From a virus, in the IMG/VR virus record IMGVR_UViG_3300030110_005581: a stretch of 64,000 nucleotides of DNA; one strand, written 5' to 3'. The position numbers and the translations under genes are program-made. Positions 8,343 to 17,057 of this stretch are shown here, piece by piece; position 1 is the stretch's first letter; each line of letters starts with the position of its first letter. The notes under the pieces were generated by a model. That model was given only the letters and a program-made list of their open reading frames with translations. It had not been told where the DNA came from and searched no databases.

Positions 8343-9791
8343 TTACTTCTTGTTAAGCTTAGCCTGAAGATCCTTGATCTGTGCGGACTGCTCTTGAACT
8401 GCAGAGACAAGCACTGCTGTCAAGCGACCATAGTCAACACCGAAATGACCCTTTTCGTTGCCGTGAACTGCCTCTGGGACAGTCTTTGCAAGCTCCTGAG
8501 CCAAGAATCCGAAATCTCTCGATCCGTTCTTTGTCCATGTGAAGTTGACAGCCTTGAGGGAATTAACCGTATCCAAGGCATTTCGCATGGGAGAAACATC
8601 AGTCTTGAGTCTTTCATCCGAGTAGGTTACGAAAGCGGTTGCTCTAATCTTGTTTTGGTTAGCAGTATTGTTTGCAACATCAATTGCATATTCTGTTGTT
8701 GCATCGCCACCAATTGTCATGAATTGAGTACCAGAGCTATTAACGAACTTGATGAGGTTCTCAGAAACATCAAAGTGAATCAATTCGTTTGCAGCAGCAC
8801 CAAAGACTTTCAAGTCGGCACCAGCACCATCGGAACCACAAAGAACTCCTCCGGAGAACGAACCGGTTACACCAACCATGTTCGCGAACTGAACGTTGTC
8901 AGATGTTCCCAAGCCAAGGCTTGTGCGAGCTGTTGCGCCACTTTCGTAAGCGAAAGCGCCTGCACCAGTAGCAACAATAAACTGACCATCGGACGCGGGA
9001 GCGCCAAGAGTATCGAGATCTTCGAGAACTCCATCAACAGCAACAGTTACAGAACCGCCGAGCGAAACGGCGCCGAGCGTAGCCATACCTGCACCTTGTG
9101 TTAAGGTGATGCTGGAGTTTGCAAGCTTTGCATTTGCAATCGAGCCAGCCAAGTGGCCGTTCTCAACAGATCCAGAGCCGTAGTTGTCGTTTTCCAGAGT
9201 TCCGATAACGAGCTTTCCGCCTTGGATTGTGCGGTTTGCAAGATGGCCGTTAATAATCGAGCCAGAAGCATAGTTGGCATTAATAATACCGCCAGTTTTG
9301 ACAGACACAGCACCCGAAGATACCGAGAAGTTTGTGGAGCTAAAGCTAGCTACACCTTTGTTGGCCGTGGTGGCATCTTCACCGGCGATGGTGATAGTTT
9401 GGCCAGAAGCGGTAGTGTCGATACCTTCTCCACCTGCGATGGTGAAGTTTTGGCTATCAAGGTCGACAGCACCAGAACCCGAGTCTCCTAAGAAATCGAG
9501 ATCCTGAGCAGTTACCTGAGAATCAACATAAGCTTTAATCGATTGCTGAGTTGCAAGCGATGTAGCCGAATCAGAAGCCATGTTGTCCTCATCGAGAACG
9601 GCAGCGACTTCAGTCGAAGAACCAAGCTTGAGCTTGGGGGAAAGCAAACCAACGTTAATGCGAACACGCTCGCTGGCGGCAGACCCAGTAAGGTAGATGG
9701 AACCACTGGTTCCAGGTAATGGTAAGCTTGTACCATTCCATGATTGTAGGTCGATATATGGACCGTATTGTGAAGCAGAAGCTACAGACAT
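8343..9791 (-). CDS. Tail fibre protein with C-terminal peptidase S74 intramolecular chaperone
   Basis: Start re-assigned from 9857 to 9791 on an AAGGAGG SD. Ala/Gly/Ser/Thr-rich fibre modules (LDEDNMASDSATSLATQQSIKAYVD); S74 signature YSDERLKTDV...FGFLAQEL...GVDYGRLTAVLVSAVQE. Confidence 0.85.
   Translation of the reverse strand: MSVASASQYGPYIDLQSWNGTSLPLPGTSGSIYLTGSAASERVRINVGLLSPKLKLGSSTEVAAVLDEDNMASDSATSLATQQSIKAYVDSQVTAQDLDFLGDSGSGAVDLDSQNFTIAGGEGIDTTASGQTITIAGEDATTANKGVASFSSTNFSVSSGAVSVKTGGIINANYASGSIINGHLANRTIQGGKLVIGTLENDNYGSGSVENGHLAGSIANAKLANSSITLTQGAGMATLGAVSLGGSVTVAVDGVLEDLDTLGAPASDGQFIVATGAGAFAYESGATARTSLGLGTSDNVQFANMVGVTGSFSGGVLCGSDGAGADLKVFGAAANELIHFDVSENLIKFVNSSGTQFMTIGGDATTEYAIDVANNTANQNKIRATAFVTYSDERLKTDVSPMRNALDTVNSLKAVNFTWTKNGSRDFGFLAQELAKTVPEAVHGNEKGHFGVDYGRLTAVLVSAVQEQSAQIKDLQAKLNKK
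9114..9293 (-). repeat. About six decapeptide repeats (beta-helix-like) within the tail fibre
   Basis: GGIINANYAS GSIINGHLAN RTIQGGKLVI GTLENDNYGS GSVENGHLAG SIANAKLAN: 10-aa period with a 30-aa super-period. Confidence 0.7.
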
Positions 9792-9851
9792 AATAAATTT
9801 CCTCCTTTTGGATGTTGTTGTCCTCTTCTTTAGGGCATAAAGAAGTGCTTT

Positions 9852-9890
9852 TGCCACGCTGCAGCCCCCTTTCGAAGGTACAGCGTGGCA
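9852..9890 (-). promoter_or_regulatory. GC-rich stem-loop at the 5' end of the fibre mRNA leader
   Basis: Perfect 10-bp inverted repeat TGCCACGCTG / CAGCGTGGCA with a short inner CCTT/AAGG stem. No U-tract; lies just downstream of a CTAATTA motif. Confidence 0.6.
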
Positions 9891-9941
9891 CGTTTAATTA
9901 GGGAGGCGCCTAGCGTTTTTGCTAAAAAAAGTGATTATTTT

Positions 9942-10880
9942 TTAAGAGTCAATCTTTTTTTGCAACGCAGCGATTGCTTCATGCAAGCTAAGTATTTCTT
10001 CTTGTTGGGATTTTACCGCTTCTACTAAAACCGGAACTAATTTAGTATAGTCCATTCCATGAGCATCTATATTGTTGCTTTTCCACTCTACAATCTCTGG
10101 CATATGTTTTCCAACGTCCTCCGCAATAAAGCCAATATCTTTTCTATCATTGCTTTTCCAATTGAAAGTTACGCCCTCAATCTTATTAAGGGTATCAATA
10201 GGCCGCTCTATCCTGGAGACATTATCTTTTAGAGCAATAGAAGAATAGGTGACAAAGGCGTTCGCTTTTATCCTGCCAGTTTCATCAGCGGTGTCTGGAA
10301 GTGTGATTCCATGACTGACGTTGCCTATCGATATGCTTCCAACGCCAAGCTTTCCTGGCATGAGAATTTTAGGAGATTGCAACTGCATGGCAGTATTCGA
10401 ACCAGAAATAATAAGGTGGTCGGTTTGGGCTTCATCATACTTTATGTAAGCTTCTGCAGTTGCCCCTCGCGCACCAAAGTTTATTTTTATATCATCGGCC
10501 ACCGTCAAGTCAGTTCCGTCATAAGTAAACGTTGTGATCGCACCAAACTGTCCATTATTATTATATTGAAGCTGAGTGTTTGATCCAGCAGGGCCATGAG
10601 CAGCGGAACCGGTTAGTTGATCAATTCTAACTTTTTTAACGTTATTTGAGTCGTTAACATCAGCCAATAAAATCAAATCTGAATTGTTGACTGTGATGTC
10701 AGTGCCGCTTGTTGCTCCGTTAATATCAACAGCCAAGGTTACATCGCCCCTAACGCCGCCGCCACTTAGTCCGTTCCCCGCAGTAACGCCTGAAATATCG
10801 CCCGTGCCCGCTGTTTGCTGTGCAGTCTTAGTTATGATCTGCATTAACTGAGGTAAAGATAAATTTGCTGGCCTTGGCAT
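9942..10880 (-). CDS. Short tail fibre/spike with C-terminal peptidase S74 chaperone
   Basis: GGAG SD. GDISGVTAGNGLSGGG and GSNTQLQYNNNGQFG fibre modules; S74-like YSSIALKDNV...IGFIAEDV...GMDYTKLVPVLVEAVK. Confidence 0.82.
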   Translation of the reverse strand: MPRPANLSLPQLMQIITKTAQQTAGTGDISGVTAGNGLSGGGVRGDVTLAVDINGATSGTDITVNNSDLILLADVNDSNNVKKVRIDQLTGSAAHGPAGSNTQLQYNNNGQFGAITTFTYDGTDLTVADDIKINFGARGATAEAYIKYDEAQTDHLIISGSNTAMQLQSPKILMPGKLGVGSISIGNVSHGITLPDTADETGRIKANAFVTYSSIALKDNVSRIERPIDTLNKIEGVTFNWKSNDRKDIGFIAEDVGKHMPEIVEWKSNNIDAHGMDYTKLVPVLVEAVKSQQEEILSLHEAIAALQKKIDS

Positions 10881-10884
10881 TTGT

Positions 10885-11349
10885 TTACTCCGGCGGTCTT
10901 ACCGCATATACTACTGCTATAGTTAGTGCGATGCCAACAATAATGCCGCCCGCTGTCCAGTAAATTGTATAATCACGTTTTTTTGCAGCGATTTCTGTAA
11001 GGCGGTCGATCTCTTTGTTTTTGATATCTAAAAGAGTCTTGTGTTTCTCTTGCAGCGCTGAGTGGGTTGCTTTTTGTGTGTCAATGATAAGTTGAAGGCG
11101 CGCTGTTGTCTTGGCCAGCTCATACTTTAAACGCAACTCCCACTGCTTCTCAGACAAATTTTTATCAGCCAACAAGCTTGCGGCAGCAACGCTATTTAAA
11201 AGAACTCCAGAGTATGGGGCCGGCTGCTTATAGCGCAGTCCCGTTATTTTGCCCTTTGGGGGGACAAGCGGGGTTGTGCCTGCTGTAGCGATTGTCGGAA
11301 CAACGAGCATAAAAAGGGCCAACAGTACAGCTAATATCTTACTCCACAT
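10885..11349 (-). CDS. Exported/membrane protein (signal peptide, coiled coil, C-terminal TM), possibly spanin-like
   Basis: Hydrophobic N-terminus ending in ATA-G, heptad region, C-terminal TM (TIYWTAGGIIVGIALTIAVVYAV). No lipobox Cys. Confidence 0.6.
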   Translation of the reverse strand: MWSKILAVLLALFMLVVPTIATAGTTPLVPPKGKITGLRYKQPAPYSGVLLNSVAAASLLADKNLSEKQWELRLKYELAKTTARLQLIIDTQKATHSALQEKHKTLLDIKNKEIDRLTEIAAKKRDYTIYWTAGGIIVGIALTIAVVYAVRPPE

Positions 11350-11740
11350 AATCTAATCCATATTTCTCGGCCAAAAGTTTTGCCAACTCATCCGGCTTTT
11401 CATCGTATTTCTCGACAAGATCTTTAATTTCTTTTTTCTTCTCTTGATCTAACTCTAGATTTTCTTTTTTATATTTCTCTTCCAGATCAGCCAATATCTT
11501 TCCATAGTTTTCTAAAATCTTATCTTTCTTTTTAATTTCTTTATCGTGGATTTTATTAATAGCATCAATCTGGTTTTTATAACTCTCAGTTCTAGTTTCT
11601 AGGACCTTCATAGCGTCGTCCTTTCTTCTAAAAATTAGCCAAAGAACTATAGTATAAACAATAATCAGCGGAGCCTTCCAGTTGTGCTTAAGCCATGTCC
11701 AGCATTTTTTAAAAAAAGTTTTTACGGCTAGCCAAGTCAT
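11339..11740 (-). CDS. Membrane-anchored coiled-coil protein (i-spanin-like topology)
   Basis: N-terminal TM (APLIIVYTIVLWLIF) followed by a long Lys/Glu coiled coil. Start placed at 11740 on an ATGA overlap with the upstream stop (track gives 11758). Confidence 0.6.
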   Translation of the reverse strand: MTWLAVKTFFKKCWTWLKHNWKAPLIIVYTIVLWLIFRRKDDAMKVLETRTESYKNQIDAINKIHDKEIKKKDKILENYGKILADLEEKYKKENLELDQEKKKEIKDLVEKYDEKPDELAKLLAEKYGLDYVE

Positions 11741-11934
11741 GAGTTGCCATGTCTCCATCTAGTGGCAATGTCTGCTAGTCCCTCAATGCCAATATATGCT
11801 AATGAGATCGCAACCCAATCTTCGCTGTTTAAGGTATCCCCGAACACCATTAGACCGGTGGCGGTAATCCACACCATCAGCTTTCGCGATAGTAATTTAT
11901 TTAATCCTTTATCAATAATTTGCTTTGTCATCAT
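11737..11934 (-). CDS. Small two-TM protein, holin-like
   Basis: Start re-assigned to 11934 (GGAGG SD, tandem ATG ATG). 65 aa with two hydrophobic segments (SRKLMVWITATGLMVFG; WVAISLAYIGIEGLADIA) and a basic C-terminus. Confidence 0.55.
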   Translation of the reverse strand: MMTKQIIDKGLNKLLSRKLMVWITATGLMVFGDTLNSEDWVAISLAYIGIEGLADIATRWRHGNS

Positions 11935-11944
11935 TTTAGCCTCC

Positions 11945-12124
11945 CTATGTTGTAACAGTATATGCTGCATCGCCAGAAGCTTTGCCGCGAATGGTGGGTG
12001 GCCCAACATTATTCAGAAAAAACGGTACTTGCTTTACGGCAGTGGTGTGGTCGTTGTTGTTGGTTGTATTTAACGCTTTGTTAATAGTAAAAGTAGAACT
12101 AATCTTTTTCTTTGGCTGTGCCAT
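11945..12124 (-). CDS. Unannotated 59-aa protein (MAQPKKKISSTF...AAYTVTT)
   Basis: Translated by hand. GGAG SD 6 nt before ATG; fills the gap between the SbcDC fusion and the holin-like gene. Below the 60-aa cut-off of the ORF track. Confidence 0.7.
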   Translation of the reverse strand: MAQPKKKISSTFTINKALNTTNNNDHTTAVKQVPFFLNNVGPPTIRGKASGDAAYTVTT

Positions 12125-12134
12125 GGCTTTCTCC

Positions 12135-15100
12135 CTAAATGTTTATGTGTGCGAACCCTTCTTTCTTATCAATGACAATCTGTTGGTCTACACAATCTTT
12201 CAAACTATCAAGATGAGATATCAAAATAACAGTTTTGAAGTATGACTTAATTAGTTCCAAAATAGAAATAAATCCATCCATATTATCTGCGTCTAAGGCA
12301 GTTCCTGGTTCATCAAGAATAAAAACATCTGACTTTGGCAAACTAGAAACTGAAAGCAATGCTAGGCGAATGGCCATGGCAGCGATGGTTTTTTCAGCGC
12401 CGCTTCCCATTTCAATAGGTCTAGGCTCATGTCTTGGGTGCTTAATGAAAATCTTCATATGCTTGCCATCATTTTCAAAAAACACTTCAAAGTCAACCAC
12501 ATTGGCGATTACTTTTGCAATCTCATTATTAATGATGGGCAGCTTTCTTTTAATGATATCGTATGATATGCCATTTGTGTGCATACACCTCATAAACAAA
12601 TCATAAGCTGAATAATCTTCTCTTAGAGTTTGTAGCTCTTCTTTTTGTTCTTGCAGAGACTTCAGCTTTTGCTCCAAAGAGCCATGTTCTTTATAGAACC
12701 CCATAAGGATATTCTGGCACCCTTTCAGCTCTTTTTCCTTATTTGAATAAAGCTTCTTTTGTTCTTTCAGCTGCCTAATGAACGATTCTTTGTTTTCAAT
12801 GATCTCTTTGTTTTCATGATAAAGATCTTTTTGGCTCTCCAGATCTTCGATATCTGAATTGATAGACTTCAAGTTGACTTCGCTTCTTTCTATTTCAACC
12901 TTTATCTTTGAGATCTCAAGGTCCGAAGCCTCTTTCTTATCAAGAACTTCTTTATATTTCTTCAGGTAGTCTTCAATCTGCTCAGGGTTTAATTCCCTCA
13001 CCTCAACATCAATAACTTTCGCCTCTTTATCCAAGCTCGTAGCCTTCTCCAACAAGTCAGAAATGCCGCTAGAGGCTTTATGTGCATCGCAAATAAACTT
13101 ACAATTTGGGAATTTGGTACCACAAGGCACCTCTTTTAAGAGTTCAATGCGCTTCTCTTTTACTTCCTTTTCCCTCTCAATAGATTCGATCTCATCGGTA
13201 ATTCCCTTTAGTGCTAGCAGTTTTTCAGCAACTTTGCTTTGCTTTTCATGTAACTCTTCAGTATTAAAGTTTGAAATAAAATTATCAATTTTTTTGACAA
13301 GAGTTTCTTTTTCTGAGAGCATTCCCTGAAAGCTTGCCATCGCTTCGTATATTTCAAAACGCTGCCTTGTTCTTTCGTCAAGCATCGCACTGACAGCCGA
13401 TATATCAATTAAATCTGTTGGTATAGAGTCAATTGACTTTTGTATCTCATCCGAAGAAGATTGTATTTCTGTCAATTCCACCTTAAGAGTTTCGCAACTT
13501 TCGGAGTGATCTCTCGTGGAAGCTTCATTAAAAATGATCTCCTTTTCTACATTAAAGATATCTTCATCAAACTCTTTACCCTCCAATCTTTTTAGGGCTC
13601 CGCGCAAATCAGTGACATCTTCTTTAGCCAATTTAAACTTCTTATCAAACATTTCCAAATCAAGAAACTTTGCCAAGATTTCTTTTCTGCGCGTAGAGCC
13701 CTCACCAATAAATTGCAGGGCTCCAAGCTGAGAAGACATTGACGTCATAAGAAAGTCGTCAAAAGTTCCAAAGTGCTTTCTAATGATTTTATCTGTTTCA
13801 CTACGAGTGGTGCCATTAACGCTCTTGATCTCATCCATAACGATATCATGGCACTCAAAATTTAAATCCGTCTTGGCCTCTAGTGTCTGTTCCCCTTTAA
13901 GCTTCTTTATGTATTTATCAGCTCTTCTTTCAATGGTATACTTTTTGTCTCCAACTGAGATGTGCACTTTTCCGGATCCGAACTCTTTATTCTGGTTGAT
14001 GATGTTGAGGTTCTTCCGCTCGTTTTTACTAGTAGAATTGAATAAAGCAAACAAAATGCTATCAATAACACTAGATTTGCCAGAAAAGTTTTTACCGAAG
14101 ATGCCAACGATTCCAGAGATCTTCTGAAAATCAATTACATTTCCCTCCCCATAGTTAAAGAGATTGTCCCACTCAATTTTGTCAAGCTTCCAGTTAATAT
14201 TTCTGCCAACTTCTTCATTCTCCTCCACAACGGCATTGTATTTTGAATTAAGCTTTAAGACCCTCTCAACCAATTCTTCGTCTGGCTGAAAGTCCTTGAT
14301 ATATTCTCTTATTAGTTCTTCTTGTACAGCTACGTCCCTGAGATTGTCGTTCTGTAGACCATCAGCATATTCATCAATATTGCCGCGCTCACCAGACGCC
14401 CTGTTCAAGAAAGTAATGCTTTCAGGCTTAAAGCGATGTTTTGCCACCTCAACAGCCTTCTTCATAGTACTTAGTGGCAAGTTGTTGTTAGACACCAAGC
14501 GAACTCGTGCGCCTGGTGGGATTTCAATTTTATTTGGCATCCGACCCTTCGGGGTTAGCTCGATCGTAATGAACGGCTTTGGGTTCTTAAGTACGTGATG
14601 CTTGCATGTGAAATTATCCGCGTCTTTGATGTCCCAAATCAAAAATCCTTTGTCGTTTGTCTCGCCATGATTTTGCTGGATTGTCGAACCAGCATAGCGA
14701 ATTCGACCATCATGATCTAATACTTGATTTGTTTTGTGTATATCTCCCAAAAAGGCAAACTGATGTCCTTTAAAAATAGATATATCATCTTCCCCATGCT
14801 CCATAATCCACCCCAAATCAGTGCGACTATTACAAATAGCGCCATGGTACAGAGCAACATTGATTTTTGTATCATCGGTAGGTTCCACCCAATTATCCCG
14901 ATCAAACACACTAAGAACGTTAAGTACATAATTTCCATCTAATTTGGTCTCCCCGCTGTCTTTCAGCAGATACAGGTCTGGGTGATCTAACGCCTCGACT
15001 ACGGGCGTAATAGCATCTTGCCTGCTGCTGTTTTTAAGGTTCCCATCATGATTCCCCAGAATTACGTAAGTAGGGGCAATGGACGCCAAAGAGGCCAAAA

Positions 15101-15287
15101 AACTGGAGCATAGATCAAAGAACTCTGGTGAGAGTTGTGTCTTTGTATGGGCTATGTCCCCGCAATGAATAATGTAATCCACCTTTTCTTTACGCAGTTT
15201 TTTATAGAGCTGCTCGAACACTTCTTTGTATTCAAAGTGGTATTTTAAATTTTTGATGTGCGTATCTGCAATGTGTGCAAACTTCAT
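12135..15287 (-). CDS. Fused Mre11/SbcD nuclease and Rad50/SbcC ATPase (T4 gp47+gp46-like) recombination endonuclease
   Basis: N-terminal metallophosphoesterase motifs ADTH, GD, GNHD, HG, GDIH. Then Walker A GKNFSGKSS, long coiled coil, signature-like GSGAEK, Walker B ILDEPG and H-switch ISH, all in one ORF. Confidence 0.92.
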   Translation of the reverse strand: MKFAHIADTHIKNLKYHFEYKEVFEQLYKKLRKEKVDYIIHCGDIAHTKTQLSPEFFDLCSSFLASLASIAPTYVILGNHDGNLKNSSRQDAITPVVEALDHPDLYLLKDSGETKLDGNYVLNVLSVFDRDNWVEPTDDTKINVALYHGAICNSRTDLGWIMEHGEDDISIFKGHQFAFLGDIHKTNQVLDHDGRIRYAGSTIQQNHGETNDKGFLIWDIKDADNFTCKHHVLKNPKPFITIELTPKGRMPNKIEIPPGARVRLVSNNNLPLSTMKKAVEVAKHRFKPESITFLNRASGERGNIDEYADGLQNDNLRDVAVQEELIREYIKDFQPDEELVERVLKLNSKYNAVVEENEEVGRNINWKLDKIEWDNLFNYGEGNVIDFQKISGIVGIFGKNFSGKSSVIDSILFALFNSTSKNERKNLNIINQNKEFGSGKVHISVGDKKYTIERRADKYIKKLKGEQTLEAKTDLNFECHDIVMDEIKSVNGTTRSETDKIIRKHFGTFDDFLMTSMSSQLGALQFIGEGSTRRKEILAKFLDLEMFDKKFKLAKEDVTDLRGALKRLEGKEFDEDIFNVEKEIIFNEASTRDHSESCETLKVELTEIQSSSDEIQKSIDSIPTDLIDISAVSAMLDERTRQRFEIYEAMASFQGMLSEKETLVKKIDNFISNFNTEELHEKQSKVAEKLLALKGITDEIESIEREKEVKEKRIELLKEVPCGTKFPNCKFICDAHKASSGISDLLEKATSLDKEAKVIDVEVRELNPEQIEDYLKKYKEVLDKKEASDLEISKIKVEIERSEVNLKSINSDIEDLESQKDLYHENKEIIENKESFIRQLKEQKKLYSNKEKELKGCQNILMGFYKEHGSLEQKLKSLQEQKEELQTLREDYSAYDLFMRCMHTNGISYDIIKRKLPIINNEIAKVIANVVDFEVFFENDGKHMKIFIKHPRHEPRPIEMGSGAEKTIAAMAIRLALLSVSSLPKSDVFILDEPGTALDADNMDGFISILELIKSYFKTVILISHLDSLKDCVDQQIVIDKKEGFAHINI

Positions 15288-15305
15288 ATTAATCCTATTA
15301 AATCC

Positions 15306-16925
15306 TTATATATTATTTTTTTCAACCATCAAGCCACAGTCTACAAAATAAAGAAAATCAATATCTGTACCTAAAAAGCATTTTATGGCGTCTTCTGGCG
15401 TCTCAACAATGGGCTCCCTGTCGTTAAAGCTAGTATTTAGAATGACGGGGACACCAGATTTTCTTTCCCATTTTTTTAAGAAGCTATAGTACCACTCATT
15501 ATCATTCTCTGTAACAGTTTGTAGACGAGCAGAGCCGTCAAAATGAACAACTGCGGGTATTTCTTTTCTTTTATCTTCTTTTATTTTAAAAACAAACGAC
15601 ATGTAGGGGCTTTGATGGTCTGTTTCAAACCAATCTTTTACTCTTTCTCTCAAAATAGAAGGTGCAAAAGGACGATACCACTGTCTGTGTTTGACTTTTT
15701 CATTGATTAAGTCTTTCATTTCTTTTCTTCGTGGGTCGGCCAATATACTCCTATTGCCTAGAGCGCGTCGGCCAGACTCACTACCTTTGGAAAAGACAGA
15801 CACAATCATTCCCTCATCCAAAAGGTTTATCAATTCATCAACATTACTTTTTTTAAATTTTACATTTTTTTCAGAATTTAGTGCATTTAAAATTACCTCC
15901 TCACTGTATGTGTGCCCCAAATAAGGAGTGAAATTATCATCCCACTTAATTCTAGGATTTCTTAGAACAGAATGCCATACCCACTGGGCCGAACCTATAG
16001 CTAGGCCAGCATCATATGGAACTGGACAAACATAAACATTGTCGAATCTATCGCCATACCACTCTGTCAATATCTTTCCAGTCATAACAGAATTCAAAAT
16101 AACTCCACCAGCTAGACATAAATTTCTAGATGTTGTGTGCTCAAGAATATTATCGACAATTTCTTTGAAGACAGTCTCTGTCGCCTTTTGCAGGGCGGCC
16201 GCAATATCAAAACAATTTTGTTCTGATTCTTTTGCCAAGCCCCTAAGCTTATCCCATGGAAAATTTTTAGCGCCACAAAATCGATTATTGTAAAAAAGAT
16301 CAAAATGCTTTGAAGGGTCTCCCATGCAGGCCATGGCCATTACTGACCCACACTGGTTTCCTTTTGGATACCCTCTCGATAACCCAAATATTTGCTCAGT
16401 ACACAAAGACCACATCATCCCAATATTCAAGCTATTTTCAACAGTCGTTGAGTCCCTTAAATACATTATTGGCGCAATGTCTAAATTATCACCCCGCCAG
16501 GCAGTGAATGTTCCGGGAACGCATTCTTTATCGGCGGCCACCACATCAAAGCCGCCGCCGTCCACCGTAATAATCAATGCATCGTTAAAATTGCTAGAAA
16601 AGAAAGCATTGGCGGCGTGAGACTGGTGGTGGCCCGGGCAATGAAATTGACCTTCGTTCCTTTCTACTAAATCATAAACCTTATTGATCGATTCTTTGTA
16701 GGCGAGGCCGAAGTGTCTTTTGCTGGGCGGCTCAAAAACATGAGCAAAGTGTTTTATGTCTGCCCACTCAGACTCAGGGAGATCCTCCATCATCAGATCA
16801 AATACATCGCCCATGGGCTCTTTTAAGCGAATATACCTTTCAAGCTCGGCATGGATGACTGGTCGGCCATTTTCTAAAATGGCATATGCCGCATCATGAT
16901 TGCTGTGAAATCCTGCTATTTTCAT
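15306..16925 (-). CDS. Carbamoyltransferase (NodU/CmcH/TobZ family)
   Basis: HSNHDAA...ELERYIRLK, HHQSHAANAF, AGGVILN, DAGLAIG, GRRALGNRSILADP, VKHRQWYRPFAPS, HFDGSARLQTV and ILNTSFN. Confidence 0.92.
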   Translation of the reverse strand: MKIAGFHSNHDAAYAILENGRPVIHAELERYIRLKEPMGDVFDLMMEDLPESEWADIKHFAHVFEPPSKRHFGLAYKESINKVYDLVERNEGQFHCPGHHQSHAANAFFSSNFNDALIITVDGGGFDVVAADKECVPGTFTAWRGDNLDIAPIMYLRDSTTVENSLNIGMMWSLCTEQIFGLSRGYPKGNQCGSVMAMACMGDPSKHFDLFYNNRFCGAKNFPWDKLRGLAKESEQNCFDIAAALQKATETVFKEIVDNILEHTTSRNLCLAGGVILNSVMTGKILTEWYGDRFDNVYVCPVPYDAGLAIGSAQWVWHSVLRNPRIKWDDNFTPYLGHTYSEEVILNALNSEKNVKFKKSNVDELINLLDEGMIVSVFSKGSESGRRALGNRSILADPRRKEMKDLINEKVKHRQWYRPFAPSILRERVKDWFETDHQSPYMSFVFKIKEDKRKEIPAVVHFDGSARLQTVTENDNEWYYSFLKKWERKSGVPVILNTSFNDREPIVETPEDAIKCFLGTDIDFLYFVDCGLMVEKNNI

Positions 16926-17027
16926 TATTTTTCCTTTTTGAGTCTACAAATTTAAGCCGGCTAGCTCAACAGTCAATGATCTGCCTTGAGAGTCACTTTT
17001 ATTGGTCGCGCTTTAATATGCATATAT

Positions 17028-17057
17028 ATAATAACACATTCTCTCATGTGTTGTCAA
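17028..17057 (-). promoter_or_regulatory. Sigma70-type promoter upstream of the carbamoyltransferase, with a palindrome in the spacer
   Basis: TTGACA-N18-TATTAT with extended -10 TG-T. AACACAT-N6-ATGTGTT inverted repeat at 17033-17052 fills the spacer. Confidence 0.65.

Noticed and set aside
8394-9104. 236-aa plus-strand ORF antisense to the tail fibre
   Set aside because: Shadow ORF expected from the fibre's codon bias; implausible Cys/Asn-rich composition, no SD and no plus-strand promoter seen.
9800-9830. CsrA/RsmA-type GGA sites in the fibre leader
   Set aside because: Only one proper ANGGA, which is the SD itself; not enough to support a claim.
9792-9857. 22-codon N-terminal extension of the fibre ORF (start at 9857)
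   Set aside because: The start lies inside the leader hairpin and has no SD, whereas AAGGAGG precedes the ATG at 9791.
8343-10880. Diversity-generating retroelement (TR/VR) or invertible fibre cassette
   Set aside because: The two fibre C-termini are similar only at protein level. No near-identical nucleotide repeat, reverse transcriptase or invertase was seen.
11935-12009. Longer start of the holin-like ORF (12009)
   Set aside because: This region belongs to the SD-led 59-aa ORF in another frame; GGAGG points to the ATG at 11934.
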